A stretch of DNA of 64,000 nt from an uncultured delta proteobacterium (GCA_963816395.1 CAWFKQ010000009.1:1-64000), one strand, 5' to 3'. Positions 40,496 through 54,550 are shown, counted from the stretch's first letter. Numbers and translations are program-made. Notes: generated by a model not told the origin, from the sequence alone.

Positions 40496-40953
40496 TTCTT
40501 CGTCCCCTTTCGGCATACTTGCGTTTGAAGTTGGTCCGACAACCCCGATTGTGCCTGGCCTGAACCGGAAGGCAGTGCCATGGCTACGATCCCTTAAACC
40601 GACGTTCGGCCAATTTTGCTGAATTCTTGATTTTCCGACGTTTCTTTAGAAGCCCAAGACCTGCAAGAGTGGGTTTATACTCAAACGAGGCTACACGATA
40701 CTCAAATAAAACGCTATTTGATATTACACCTTAGTGGAATACCGCTGCGTATGGGCTTGGGTGCATGGGTCATTACCTCGGGCTGCGGCCGGTTAAGCTC
40801 ACCAATGGGGGCCTTTTTGGCCGGAAGAGGACATGAAGCGGCGGATCGGGAATGCTGAGGGCTCGGGCAGAAAGACGCTGGCCGGCTCCCTTGAGGCCAC
40901 TGGGCGCCGGCCGGGTGCGACTGGGTGCCGCTACGTGGCAGCTACATGAGGGA

Positions 40954-41002
40954 AAAGAAAAAAAGGGGTTAGCGGTGAAAACCGGTAACCCCCTGATTTT
41001 TT
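40954..41002 (-). terminator. tRNA-Arg terminator
   Basis: ggggttagcggt-gaaa-accggtaacccc hairpin flanked by A and T runs. Confidence 0.75.
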
Positions 41003-41079
<77 letters not shown>

Positions 41080-41109
41080 GTAATAAGGAACAGGAATTTA
41101 TCTCTCAGT

Positions 41110-41608
41110 TTAACCTGCATTTGTCAACTCTTTTTTTGCCGGGATGAAGTCGACCAGGGTAAAACTGTACCGGGGATGCTGGAAGCCGTGGGTTCCCGGA
41201 TAAAGGCTGAACAGCCAGCCCCTGAACAGCTCCTTGCCGTTTTCCCGGATGCACGATCTGCGCCGCCGGATTGCGGGTTTCGTTGGAAACGGAGGTCAGG
41301 ACGGTTCCGTCCATGATAAAAGCCGGCAGGAAATTCTGCACCTGCACCGCAGATTTCGGATCGGCAACGGTGAATGCCTGCCCGAGATCGACGGTATAAG
41401 ACTTCTCCTGATTCTGCTCTTTGTCAAGAACGGCGATCTTCACCGCCTGCCATTTTCCCCGGACCCCGTCGGGGACGACGATTTTCATCTCCCGGCGTGG
41501 CAACCGGCTTGTGCAGTCCGGGGCTTCGGCGGCCGATTCGTCCCTTTTTCGCAGGCGACGGAAAGCAGAAGAAGGATAAGGCAGTGCAAGAAATAACCGT
41601 GCAGGCAT
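41110..41608 (-). CDS. DUF2155-like lipoprotein (frameshifted)
   Basis: IVVPDGVRGKWQAVKIAV...FLPAFIMDG...TSVSNETRNPAAQI...FKGWLFSLYP..HGFQHPRY. Confidence 0.65.
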
Positions 41609-41648
41609 TTTCGTCATCCTTGCGCCGGCACGCCCGGCACGGCAAAAA

Positions 41649-41744
<96 letters not shown>

Positions 41745-41808
41745 GTGCTACTTTGCATTCTCAATTGTCGTGTGATTCCTGCCGCCGCCGCCGACCGGGA
41801 GGTAATAC

Positions 41809-41893
41809 TGGCGGAGGAGGTAGGATTCGAACCCACGGTGCTTTCGACAACGGTTTTCAAGACCGCCGCCTTAAACCACTCGGCCACTCCTCC
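41809..41893 (-). tRNA. tRNA-Ser(TGA)
   Basis: Anticodon loop CTTGAAA, CCA end. Confidence 0.96.
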
Positions 41894-41904
41894 GCGGCAA
41901 TCAG

Positions 41905-43188
<1,284 letters not shown>

Positions 43189-43314
43189 GGGGCTGTCGTC
43201 CCGTCAGGAGGGATGTCGGGCAGGAACCCGCCGCCAGCTGGCTGCAAAGAGGTTCTTATTAACACTTATCGCGACCGGCGTCAAGCCTCCCGCCCGGCAA
43301 TCCCTCGCTGCAGT

Positions 43315-43897
43315 CTATTCTTCCTCCCGCTTCTTCCCTTCACCCACCAGTCGCTGTCGTCATCGAACCACCAGCGGGTGGAATCGGTCATCCAGATGGT
43401 CTCCGCCAGGCGCCGGGCCGGTCGGTCTGCAGCCGGCGCACGGCAAAGGGGTACCACTCGTCGGCGTACGGTTGCCCAGATCCTTGTACTCCTTGAGGGC
43501 GAGGATCATCTCCAGCTGGTCGGCATCATGGGCGATCAGCGCCTCGCGGCTCTCGCCGGCGGCGAACTCGTCGAGGGTCTGCCGGTATTCGTCGCCGAAG
43601 GGCAGGGTCCGGGCCAGATCGTCGACGGCCCGCCGCTCGTCGGCGCTGCACGTACTTCTTGTTGACATAATTGAGGTCGCCGATGCGCGCCTCGGGGACG
43701 TCGTGAAAGAGGCAGAGCTGCACCACCCGGCCGGCATCGACCTGGCCGTCCATGCGCGCCAGGGTGTAGCCGATGATCGCGGTGCGGAAGGAGTGTTCGG
43801 CCACCGACTGGGCGCCGGAACCGAGAAACTGGAAACCGGTGCGCGGGGTGCGCTTGAGCATCCCCACTTCGAAGAAGAAATTGGCCAGATTTTTCAT
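43315..43897 (-). CDS. HD-domain hydrolase (frameshifted)
   Basis: LKRTPRTG, SVAEHSFR, HDVPEARIGD, AHDADQLE. Confidence 0.85.
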
Positions 43898-43965
43898 TGC
43901 GGCTCCATGTAAGGCGACTCGCTCTTGACACGGTACGGGACTCGGGACTCGAGGACTGTAGTATA

Positions 43966-44838
43966 CTACCCCAAACGGACCAGGAAAACCCCACAGACGA
44001 TCAGGCCGGCGGCAAAGAAGCGGATGCGGCCGAAACGTTCGCCGAGCAGAAAAATGCCGAGGAGGACGCCGAAGAGGAGGCTGACCTGGCGCACCGGCAC
44101 CGCGTAGCTCATCGGCGCCAGCTTGAGGCCGTAGCGAAAACTGAGGAAGGAACACATCATCACCGGCCCGGAGACCAGGATCAGCCGCCGGCTGCGCCGC
44201 CACTCGTCGAGGACCCGGCCGCGGTAGCGCTGTCGCAACAGGTTGGCGGTCATCAGCAGGAACATCCAGACCACCAGCAGGTAGGTGAAATAGAGGGGGG
44301 AGAAGTCCATCACTCCGGTCTTGTCGATCACCGCCCCCACCGAGTAGACGAAGCCGGCCGCCAGTGCCGCCTGGACGGCAGGCTGGCCGAGGTTGCGCAG
44401 CGGCCGCAGCGCCTCGTCGAAGGAAAGCCGCTGCAGCTGCACGCACCAGGCGCCGACGACGATGAGCAGGATCCCCGCCACTCCCCAAAAGGTCAGATGC
44501 TCGCCGAGGAGCAGCACCCCCCAGATGGGGACGTAGAGGATCGAGGACTGGGCCAGGGGATAGGTGAGCGAGAGGTCGCCGCTGCGATAGGCGCGGCCGG
44601 TGAAGAGGTGGTAGGCGACGAAACAGGCGCCGCCGCCCGCCGCCAGCAGCAGGATGTGCCCGTCCGGCTGCGGCATGGGCCCGGGAAAGGCCGGCAGCAA
44701 AACGGTGAAAAGGCTCCCCGAGGCGAGAAACATCCACCAGATAAAGACCGTCTTGTCGCCGCTGCGCTTGACCAGCAGGTTCCACAGGGCGTGCATCAGC
44801 GCCGAAAAGACGATCAGCGAAAGGGCCAGCGTACTCAT
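43966..44838 (-). CDS. EamA/DMT-family transporter
   Basis: HALWNLLVK, GDLSLTYPL, two EamA repeats. Confidence 0.88.
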   Translation of the reverse strand: MSTLALSLIVFSALMHALWNLLVKRSGDKTVFIWWMFLASGSLFTVLLPAFPGPMPQPDGHILLLAAGGGACFVAYHLFTGRAYRSGDLSLTYPLAQSSILYVPIWGVLLLGEHLTFWGVAGILLIVVGAWCVQLQRLSFDEALRPLRNLGQPAVQAALAAGFVYSVGAVIDKTGVMDFSPLYFTYLLVVWMFLLMTANLLRQRYRGRVLDEWRRSRRLILVSGPVMMCSFLSFRYGLKLAPMSYAVPVRQVSLLFGVLLGIFLLGERFGRIRFFAAGLIVCGVFLVRLG

Positions 44839-45019
44839 GGCCGGCAGTCTAGACCAAGGCCCGGTAATTAGCGATGATAAAATCTTTTCCCAATAAATTT
44901 TATTGTCACTAAATCCGCGAAGCTGCGACGATTGACAGCAGAAGGGCAGTTGCTATCCTTCCTAGCAGCTGTTTACCGCCGAGCCGAGCGGCAGCCACCT
45001 TCTTCCAAGGAGCAGCAGC

Positions 45020-46419
<1,400 letters not shown>

Positions 46420-46712
46420 GGTGGGCAAAGGGAAGGGTGAAACCGGTTCTACTTCTGCGGGGGTGGGCTCGACGGGCGGACCGTCCGGCTCCGGGGCAGG
46501 GTCTCCGGACCTGCGGCGGCGCGCCGGCGCAGCCGCTTATCCGGTGTCGCCCTTGCCTCTCGCCGATTGTTGGCGGAACCGGCCGGCTCGATCGGATCCG
46601 TGGCCGGCCGATATCCTTGATTATGATAGTCCGGTGGTTCTCTGTCTCCATCTGCGCTCCGGTCCCGGCCGTTCGGCAGCTACGACCTACGGCTTCGGGC
46701 CTTCCGATCAGT

Positions 46713-46728
46713 AGCAGATCCCGTGCCA
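46713..46728 (-). promoter_or_regulatory. Candidate sigma-54 (-24/-12) promoter
   Basis: TGGCACG-ggat-CTGCT on the minus strand, about 60 bp upstream of an RBS and ATG at 46651. Confidence 0.45.
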
Positions 46729-46915
46729 ACCTTCTATTCAGCCGATTTTCCCGCATGAAAGTCCCGCTCCTGAAGCTACCGCCGGGCAGATGTGTAAATT
46801 TTCCCGAAAGACTTTATGGACAGCCGGCGGTTGCCATTCCCGCCGGGCGGTTTATGCTTAAGACAGTCGGTTTCGGCTGCCGAAGGCCGGACGACGGTCT
46901 CCCACGGAGGAACCT

Positions 46916-47200
46916 ATGGCGCTGATTGAATGCCCGGAATGCACGAAACTAATCTCCGATAAGGCTATCGCCTGCCCCAGTTGCGGCTATCCCCTGCGGG
47001 AAAACCGCCGGCAGGCCTTTCCTTTTCTCCCCCCGCTATCCGAACTGGCCGGTATGGCGGGAGAGTTCGCCGGCATGGTGCGTGAGGCACTGCATCCGGA
47101 AAACCGCCAGGGCGAATCTGCCAAGACGGAGAAGAAACCGGAAGGAGCCGGGCCCGTTCGGCCCGAAAGGCTTCCAATTCGGAAACTACTCGGTAGAGGA
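46916..47200 (+). CDS. Small zinc-ribbon protein (true 3' end uncertain)
   Basis: [29 protein letters not shown] ggagg. Confidence 0.7.
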
Positions 47201-49142
47201 TTTCCGGATGGACCCGAAGAGGGCCCTCCCGTTCCTTTGACCAGAACAGCAATAGCCGAAATCCCGATGCGCCGCCATGCTGCAGCAGTCAGGGACTGGG
47301 TCGGCGGTCCAGCGCCAGGTTCTGGTCCAGGTGCACGGCCAGGGACTGGCGGGGATCGCCGAGCAGATAATAAATCCCCCGCCCCCAGAAGTGGACCTTC
47401 CACTTCTTGTCAGCACCTTCAGCACCCCGGCCGAAGCGCCCAGGCCAGCGGCGAAACCGTCCCGGAAACGGCCCCCAAGCCGCAGGTCCGATTCCAGCAG
47501 GGTAGTAGCCCAGCCGCCGCTCCCCGCCCCAGGCAAGACCGCCGCCGGGGTTCAGGCGAAAAGCCAGGTGGTCACTGCCATCGGCAAAGGTCTGCTGCGC
47601 GAAGCCGGTATCCAGCTTCCACGAAATCGGGCGGAAGAACCGGTTCCGCGGCGCAAGGGAAATGATGTCGATGAGATCCAGAGCGTGCAGTTCCGCCTTT
47701 CCCGCATCCCGGATAGAAGCGCCCCACCAGGTTGAGGAAATCGATCTGGGCCCCAAGATCGATAGCCTGCATCGTTGTCGAGCAAATCATGGTAGGCGGG
47801 GCGCAGGCGCAGTTCCAGGAAGCGGTCGCCTTTCCACCAGCCGAAGTCCCAGCCCAAGACGGTTTGAACCGTGCCCCTGATCGGGGCGCACCGGGGCGGC
47901 GGGGGCGCCGGGAGTCTGCCGCCGAGCCAAGCCGGCTGCGCGCGGTGAGCAGGTCCAGATACCGTCGCCGGTACTCGTCCTGACTCAATTCCCGGCGAAA
48001 GTACCGGTACTCGATCACCTCCGCCGCCAGTTCCAGGATATGCCGCTTTCCGGCATGGCTCTCCTCTTCCGGCAACAGGTCGGGGCGGCGCGCGCCGGCG
48101 ATAACCTGCAGGGTCAGCTCCTGCTCCGCGCCATTCATTTTGGCGGCCAGGCGTTTGATCCGGGTCGCCTTGGACGGGCGGTAATCTATCTTCTCCACCA
48201 GCCCGCTCTCCTGCACCAGACGCACCGTGTCGATGGGGATCACCCAGGGTCGGGTGCTTTCGGTCAACCGGAGAGAAGGGCGGGCCGCTTCCAGGAGAAA
48301 CAACAGGTCGAAGGAACAGTTCTCATCGAAAAAGTAATAATCGGACGCAATATCCCGTAGCTCCCAGATGTGCCGGAGCATGCGGGCGGTTTCCTCCGGG
48401 GACAGGTTCAGCTTGTACTCCCAGATGTCGCGCCGCTCCAGATCACCGTATTCCTTGGCTTTTTCATAGTAAGGGAGGAGGGAATAGTAGCCCCGGTACA
48501 AACCCAATATCCCTTTAAAGGCATAAGTGATGCCGTTGGCTTCATCGGTAAACGCCGCATAGTTGACGGCGTAGGCCAGAAGCTTGCTGCGGTAGGGGCC
48601 TTCGATGCCGAGCAGGGTATGGCCGAACAGCGAGGCCGGGCTGTTCAGGCTGCTGCCGGGGAAAATCAGGACGGCGGTTTTCGGCCGGACGGCCGCCATG
48701 GCCTTTTCATACTGCGGGCAGGCGACGGCGGGCAGGCGCTGGGGATCGATATCGAGCGCCTCCTGCAGCCAGTCGTAGCGGGCGACGAAACCGGCAGCGA
48801 GGATCGGCGGATTCGGCGACGCGGCGGCGCAAAAAGGGCGGTCAGGGTGGCGGCCAGCTCGGCGGCCGGGTCCTCCTTGCCGTTTTCCGCCAGGAAAAAA
48901 GCCGGGTCGTCGATCAGGCTCTGCACCCCGAACCACCCATGGCGGTAATGAAGCAGCACTTCCCAGGGGCGTGCCCGGTAGAGCTGCCGTTCGGGCCCGG
49001 GCCAGCAGCTCATGGAGGTAGGGATCGCCCTCTGCCCGGGCCGGCACCACGGAACAGCAGACAAAAAAACAGGCGAGGATCAGGAAAAGGGCTTCCCGCA
49101 CCTCGCCTGCCGGACGACAGAGCCGGGTGATGCCGGCTGCAT
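47186..49142 (-). CDS. DUF4105 / Lnb-like protein (frameshifted)
   Basis: SPASLFGHTLL, RDIWEYKLNL, YYFFDENCS, RPAYHDLLD. Confidence 0.8.
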
Positions 49143-49614
49143 CAATCGATGGCGAGCGCGATACGGTCGAGAACAGCGGCGGTCTTGACATCGGCGGCGG
49201 GGAAGATGCCGTCGAAATCATTCTGCAGCCGATAATAGAAAGCGCCGCGCTCCGTCGCCGGCACCTCCAGCAGCTCGGCCAGGGTATCCAGGGATTCCCC
49301 TTGGCCGACGGCGATATCGCGGGCCAGGTTGTCGAGATTGGCGGCGGTGAATTCCATTAGCCGTTCATTGGCGGCAACATTGGCCGGCTGGTCGCATCCG
49401 AGGGTGCCGGAAGTGATGCCGAAGGTCTGGGAGCCGAAAATGCTGTTGGTGGTCGCCTGCATGACTGGGAGATGACCGAGCCGTTCGCCTTCTCACCCCA
49501 GAGAACAGTGCCGAGACCGCAGCCTGTATTGTGGCGGGCCTGCTGGGCCAGGGCCGTGCCGGCAAGGAACAGGCAACCGGCCGCCGTGAAGACCAAAAGA
49601 AGCATTTTTTTCAT
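49142..49614 (-). CDS. DUF3015-family protein (frameshifted)
   Basis: Signal peptide, GCGLG, QTFGITSGTLGC, DIAVGQGESL. Confidence 0.82.
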
Positions 49615-49764
49615 GTTGAATCCTCCTTTGCTGGCAATTGGGAGCAGCTGAAACCAATTAAATCCCGCTCAGCTTATTTGTCAAGGTGCCGCCACAATCA
49701 CCGCTTTACAGAGGCCTGCCGAATGATACTATCGAACTACCAAGTGCTTGCGGAAGGAGGAGCC

Positions 49765-49983
49765 ATGAACTACGGCAAGGAGCGGATCTATAAGAAGGTG
49801 GAGGTGATCGGGGTCTCTAAGAACAGCATCGAGGACGCCATTCAGGCCGCCGTGCACCGGGCGCGGCAATCACTGGAGGGCCTTTCCTGGTTTGAGGTCG
49901 GGGACATCCACGGGCACATCGATAGCGGTGGCAAGGTCGACGAGTATCAGGTGGTGCTGAAAGTCGCTTTCGAATTGAAATAG
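49765..49983 (+). CDS. Dodecin (flavin-binding)
   Basis: YKKVEVIGVS..SIEDAIQAA...WFEV...YQVVLKVAF. Confidence 0.9.
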   Translation: MNYGKERIYKKVEVIGVSKNSIEDAIQAAVHRARQSLEGLSWFEVGDIHGHIDSGGKVDEYQVVLKVAFELK

Positions 49984-50039
49984 CCGGCGGGCCGGACGTG
50001 GGCGTGACGGAACGGGGCCGGGAGCGCAACCGGGACGGT

Positions 50040-50792
50040 TCAACCGAACAGCAACTTCAGCGCGAAGACAAAGACGGTTACTGAAACCAGCTTCTTGATC
50101 CAGTCATGCCCTTTGCGCACAGCCACGTGGCTGGCGATCAGGCCGCCGATCGAATTTCCCGCCGCCAGAGCCAGTCCGAGGCCGTAATTGACCTGGCCGT
50201 GGGCGATGAACACCCCCAGGGCGACCAGGGTGAAGCAGAAGATGACAATGACCTTGACGGCATTGATGCGCACCAGGTCGAGGCCGTGCACCAGCAGACC
50301 GGTGATGATGATGAAGCCGACGCCGGCCTGGACAAAGCCGCCGTAGACGCCGACGCCGAAAAAGGTGAGGATGAGCAGTGCCGTGCGCAGCGGCGTCATT
50401 TCTTCCACCTGTCGCCGCCAGCGCCGTGCCGGGTCTACCAGGGTGAGGATCAGCACCCCGATCATGATCGCCGCCAGCAGCCGTTTGAAGGTGGCGTCGT
50501 CAATGCTCACCGCCAGGTTTGCCCCCAGATAGCTCCCTGCCAGGGCCGGCACGGTGCACAGCATGGCCAGGCGGAGAGGGAAGATGCCCTGGCGGCGAAA
50601 GCCGCCTATGGCGAAGATGTTCTGGAAGAAGATCGCCACCCGGTTGGTGCCGTTGGCCACGGCGGCGGGCAGGCCGAGAAAGATGAGCAGGGGCAGGGTG
50701 ATCAGGGAGCCGCCGCCGGCCATGACGTTGAGAAAACCGGCCACGATGCCGACGACGACCAGCAGCGCATACTGCCAGAGAAAATAGTCCAT
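50040..50792 (-). CDS. TauE/SafE-family membrane protein
   Basis: AGGGSLITLP, ANGTNR, GVYGGFVQAGVG. Confidence 0.88.
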   Translation of the reverse strand: MDYFLWQYALLVVVGIVAGFLNVMAGGGSLITLPLLIFLGLPAAVANGTNRVAIFFQNIFAIGGFRRQGIFPLRLAMLCTVPALAGSYLGANLAVSIDDATFKRLLAAIMIGVLILTLVDPARRWRRQVEEMTPLRTALLILTFFGVGVYGGFVQAGVGFIIITGLLVHGLDLVRINAVKVIVIFCFTLVALGVFIAHGQVNYGLGLALAAGNSIGGLIASHVAVRKGHDWIKKLVSVTVFVFALKLLFG

Positions 50793-50827
50793 GGTTTACC
50801 TCTCCTTCCTTGCCCACCTTTGCGGAT

Positions 50828-51515
50828 TCAACGAACAACCGCCTGTTCGATCTCTTCCAAGTGATCTCGCATCTGCCGACTGGCCAGCAGCGCGTCCCGC
50901 TGCTGCAAGGCGTGGAGAATCCGCCCATGGGTGCGGAGCGAGGTCTGCTTCCGGGTCTCGTTCTGCAGGGAGTCGGAGCGACTCTCTCCCATGGTTTCCT
51001 GCAATTGGCCGAAGATCTCCAAAATGACTGAATTGCCCGTCGCGCGAGCTATCTGCAGGTGGAAGGCGGCATCCGCTGCAGCCCATTCTTCGATGGTTCC
51101 GGACTTTCGCTGCCTGGCCAGCAGATCCTCGAGAACGGCCAGATCCTCGGCCGAGGCGGTCGTTGCGGCCAAAGCCGCGATCTGCGGCTCGAGAAGCTTG
51201 CGGAATTCAAAGATCTCCCGCAGCTTGGCCACTGCCCCGGCCGATCGCTTGCGCCATCGGTTCGACAAAGGCCTGATCCGTCCGGTCCAGGATGTAGGTG
51301 CCGTCACCGATGTGACTGCGTACCAGGCCCTGTTGTTCGAGGGACCGCAGCGCCTCCCGCAGCGAATGACGGGAGACATGGAAGTTTTCGGCCAGCTGCC
51401 GCTCCGGCGGCAGCCGGTCGCCGGCTTTTAGTTCACCGCTCTCGACCATCCTGCCGATGCGGGCGACAATCGCCGCATGCACCCGCCGGCCGCGGGGAGG
51501 CTGGTTTTCGGGCAT
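50828..51515 (-). CDS. FadR/GntR-family regulator (frameshift near 51240)
   Basis: GDRLPPERQLAENFHVSRHSLREAL; FCD domain DAAFHLQIARATGN. Confidence 0.9.
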
Positions 51516-51544
51516 GGCAGATTCTCAAGTGGAGAAGGGGGGAA

Positions 51545-51559
51545 ATTGGTTGGACCAAT
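51545..51559. promoter_or_regulatory. FadR-type operator
   Basis: Palindrome ATTGGT-tgg-ACCAAT 30 bp upstream of the regulator; matches the TGGT-N3-ACCA consensus. Confidence 0.75.
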
Positions 51560-51779
51560 AATAGGGGATTGAGGGACAATGAGCAATGGTAAAAATGGGG
51601 GGAGGATTTTTCCGGGAGGCCGGGGGAAATTGCAGATAGAAAGACGCGGGCACGGGTGTGCCGGATCTTTCCGCCAAAAGCTCGGAGGAAATGGCGAACA
51701 GGACGCCACTGGCCAGACCGATTCATGCACTGCAAATGCGGGCGATTTCGACATCAGCGCCAGCCGGCGGGAGCGCCTG

Positions 51780-52440
51780 TCCCGGTCAGGACTGTTCCCG
51801 TGCTCCTCGGTCTTGCGCAGTATTTTCAGCCGCTCGGCCACCCGCGCGGCCCGGCCCCCGAGATTTCGCGCCGTCTGCAGTTCCGACGCAGCCGGCTGCC
51901 GGGAACCATCCGGCCGGCGAGGGTGCCGGGGCCATAGGGCGAACCGCCGATGCCGTCGGTGACCAGGATTTGCGGATTCTGCCCGTAGGGGGTGCCGATG
52001 AAGATCATCCCCAGGTGCAGCAGCGGCACCATGCTGGTCAGGATGGTCGTTTCCTGGCCGCCATGAATGGTGGCGGTGCTGGTGAACACGCCGGTGACCT
52101 TATCCTCCAGTTCACCGGAGAGCCACAGGCTGCCGGTGGTGTCGATGAATTGCTTCATCTGGGCCGTCATGTTGCCGTAGCGGGTCGGGGTGCCCCAGAG
52201 GATGCCGTGCGCCCAGCGCAGGTCGTCATGCGTCGACCTCGGCGATATCCGCCTGCCGCTGCTGGGCCTGGTCGATAGGCTTCCTGTGTGGCAGAGGGCT
52301 TTTCTGGCCTCCTCCAGCTCGGGAATGCGCCGCAGGCGCACCTCGGTTCCCCGGATGCTGCGCGCCCCTTCCGCGACCGCCTGCGCCATCTGGAATGTAT
52401 GACCGTAGGTACTGTAGTAGACTACCAGCGATATGCGCGT
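51780..52440 (-). CDS. wrbA: NAD(P)H:quinone oxidoreductase WrbA (ends approximate, frameshifted)
   Basis: YYSTYGH, GTPTRYGNM, FTSTATIHGGQETT, GGSPYG. Confidence 0.88.
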
Positions 52441-52477
52441 TCCGGCTTCCTGCAATTTCCTGCTCTGCCATCGTCTG

Positions 52478-52758
52478 TCAATTTCCTGCAGAACTTTTCT
52501 GTATTCCGGGTGTTTATCGATGTAATTGGCGATAAAGGCACACTCTGGCACGACCTTTAAATGTTTTTCGCTCGCAAAATCCAGTGCGGCCTTGGCCAGT
52601 CTACCCCCGATGCCTTTTCCGCCCAGCGGCGGCGGGACTTCCGTGTGGATCAAGGTAAGTCTGTTTTCCTCGATTTTATAATCGATGAAGGCCACGGACC
52701 CATCGACCTCGAGCTGAAACTGATTTGCCGATTGATTATTGGTTACCTGGTTTTCCAT
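52478..52758 (-). CDS. Small GNAT-family acetyltransferase (YjdJ-like)
   Basis: HTEVPPPLGGKGIG...VVPECAFI. Confidence 0.82.
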
Positions 52759-52897
52759 CTTTCCCTCGCAAATTCCCGGATTTTTCTTCTAGCTTACCAA
52801 AAAAATTCAGACGCGGCGGCAAGGGCGTCGACAGCGAAGCGGGGGAATCTGCTCCGGCCGCCGGGCTCAGGGGAGTCTCTGCTGTCTCCGCGCCGCC

Positions 52898-53665
52898 TCA
52901 TCTTTCCCCGAGCAGGTTGCGGATCACCTCGCCGGCCATGGTCAGGCCGAACAGGGGGGGGATGTAGGAGGAGGTGCCGAGAATCACCCGGCGGTCGGTG
53001 CAGCGCCAGGTCTGCTCCTCCCGATTGGGGCAGATGCAATCCTCGGCGCAGGCGGCGGTTTCCTCCCCCAGGGGACGGAACTCCTCGGTGGAGTAGACCA
53101 CTTTGACCCCCGAGGAGATCCCCCGCCGGCGCAGTTCCTTGCGGAGAATGCGCGCCAGGCGGCACTTCTGGGTATGGAACAGGTCGGCGACGGAGATCCG
53201 GGTCGGATCGAGCTTGTTCGCCGCCCCCATGGAGGAGATCACCGGCAGCCCCTTTTCCTTGCAGCTTTCAAGCAGGTGCAGCTTGGCGGTGATGTGGTCG
53301 ATGCAGTCGAGCACGTAATCGTAGCCGCGCCCGAGGAGCGCCTCGGAATTGTCGGCGGCGTAAAAGGCCTTGACCGGCTCCACCCGGGCCAGCGGATTGA
53401 TCAGGCGACAGCGCTCGGCCATGACCTGCACCTTGGCCTTGCCGACGGTGCCGTCGAGGGCATGCAGCTGGCGGTTGATGTTGGTCAGACAGATCTCATC
53501 GAAATCGATCAGGGTGAGCCGCCCCACCCCAGCCCGGGCCAGCGCCTCGGCGGCATAGCTGCCCACACCGCCGACCCCGAAAACGGCGACCGAGGCCGCC
53601 GCGAGCCGCTCCACGCCGGTCTTCCCGACCAGCAGTTCCATTCGCGAAAAACGATGTTGTTTCAT
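52898..53665 (-). CDS. tcdA: tRNA threonylcarbamoyladenosine dehydratase (ThiF family)
   Basis: GVGGVGS, TNINRQ, DCID, SSMGAANKLDP, VVYSTE. Confidence 0.88.
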   Translation of the reverse strand: MKQHRFSRMELLVGKTGVERLAAASVAVFGVGGVGSYAAEALARAGVGRLTLIDFDEICLTNINRQLHALDGTVGKAKVQVMAERCRLINPLARVEPVKAFYAADNSEALLGRGYDYVLDCIDHITAKLHLLESCKEKGLPVISSMGAANKLDPTRISVADLFHTQKCRLARILRKELRRRGISSGVKVVYSTEEFRPLGEETAACAEDCICPNREEQTWRCTDRRVILGTSSYIPPLFGLTMAGEVIRNLLGER

Positions 53666-53716
53666 GATGGCTTATACGTGTTTGCAAGAAGGTTGATGGA
53701 TTATCATGGTCACTGG

Positions 53717-54550
53717 TCATTGGCACGGGTAAATGACCACTGACTTGGACCAATTGGTCGGCTCCACTGACGATTTTGCTCTATCTGTCAAAATCCTTCT
53801 GGCATTTTCCGTGGTGACCCGCGCCGTCTCCTCGAGGCTCCAGCCGCGGATTTCCGCCACCCGGGCGGCGATCAGGGGGAGCCAGGCCGGGCGGTTGTCG
53901 GCGCCGCGATGGGGATGCGGCGGCAGGTCGGGAGCATCGGTCTCCAGGACGATCCACTCCGCCGGCAGCTCGCGCAGAACCTCGGGGCCGCGCCGGGCGC
54001 CGGGCCAGGTGACCGGACCGCCGAAACCGAGGGCGAAGCCGAGGGCGATCGCCTCCCGCGCCGTTTCCCGGCTGCCGGAGAAGGCATGGAAGATGCCGCC
54101 GACCCGCTGCGCCCCCTCGTCCCGCAGGATCGCCAGCAGGCGGGCGGTGGCTCGCCGGCTATGAATCAGCACCGGCCGGCCGGTTTCGATCGCCAGCCGC
54201 AGCTGGCCGCGAAAAGCCTCTTCCTGCTCGCTCAGCGGCGGCTGATCGAGCGTCCCGTCCAGGCCGATCTCCCCCACCGCCACGGTCTGTCCGCCCGCCA
54301 GCAGCCGCGCCAGTTCGGCGGCCGCGGCCCCGTCCCACTGGCGGGCCGCCTGCGGATGCAGTCCCGGCGCCACCAGCGCTCCCGGCAGCTGCTGCGCCAG
54401 GGAAAAAAGGCCGGACCAGCCTTCCCGGCGCACCCCCGGGATCAGGAACTGCCGCACCCCGGCCGCCTGGGCGAGGCGCACCTCGGCCGCAGGATCCCGG
54501 AGAAAATCGAGATGGACATGGGTATCGACCAGGCAGGCGGGTAACGGCAT
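53717..54550 (-). CDS. tatD: TatD-family hydrolase
   Basis: DTHVH, GLHP, VGEIGLD, IHSRRA, FHAFSG, LETDAP. Confidence 0.88.
   Translation of the reverse strand: MPLPACLVDTHVHLDFLRDPAAEVRLAQAAGVRQFLIPGVRREGWSGLFSLAQQLPGALVAPGLHPQAARQWDGAAAAELARLLAGGQTVAVGEIGLDGTLDQPPLSEQEEAFRGQLRLAIETGRPVLIHSRRATARLLAILRDEGAQRVGGIFHAFSGSRETAREAIALGFALGFGGPVTWPGARRGPEVLRELPAEWIVLETDAPDLPPHPHRGADNRPAWLPLIAARVAEIRGWSLEETARVTTENARRILTDRAKSSVEPTNWSKSVVIYPCQ

Noticed and set aside
51826..52758. Apparent GNAT-WrbA fusion ORF
   Set aside because: The linker looks like intergenic DNA and the region has many indels; most likely two separate genes
53706..53770. Short heptamer-like inverted repeats (tggtcac/tggtcat...atgacca); similar gggactc repeats near 43937
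   Set aside because: Too short and degenerate to assign a function; the TGGCACG here lacks a -12 element
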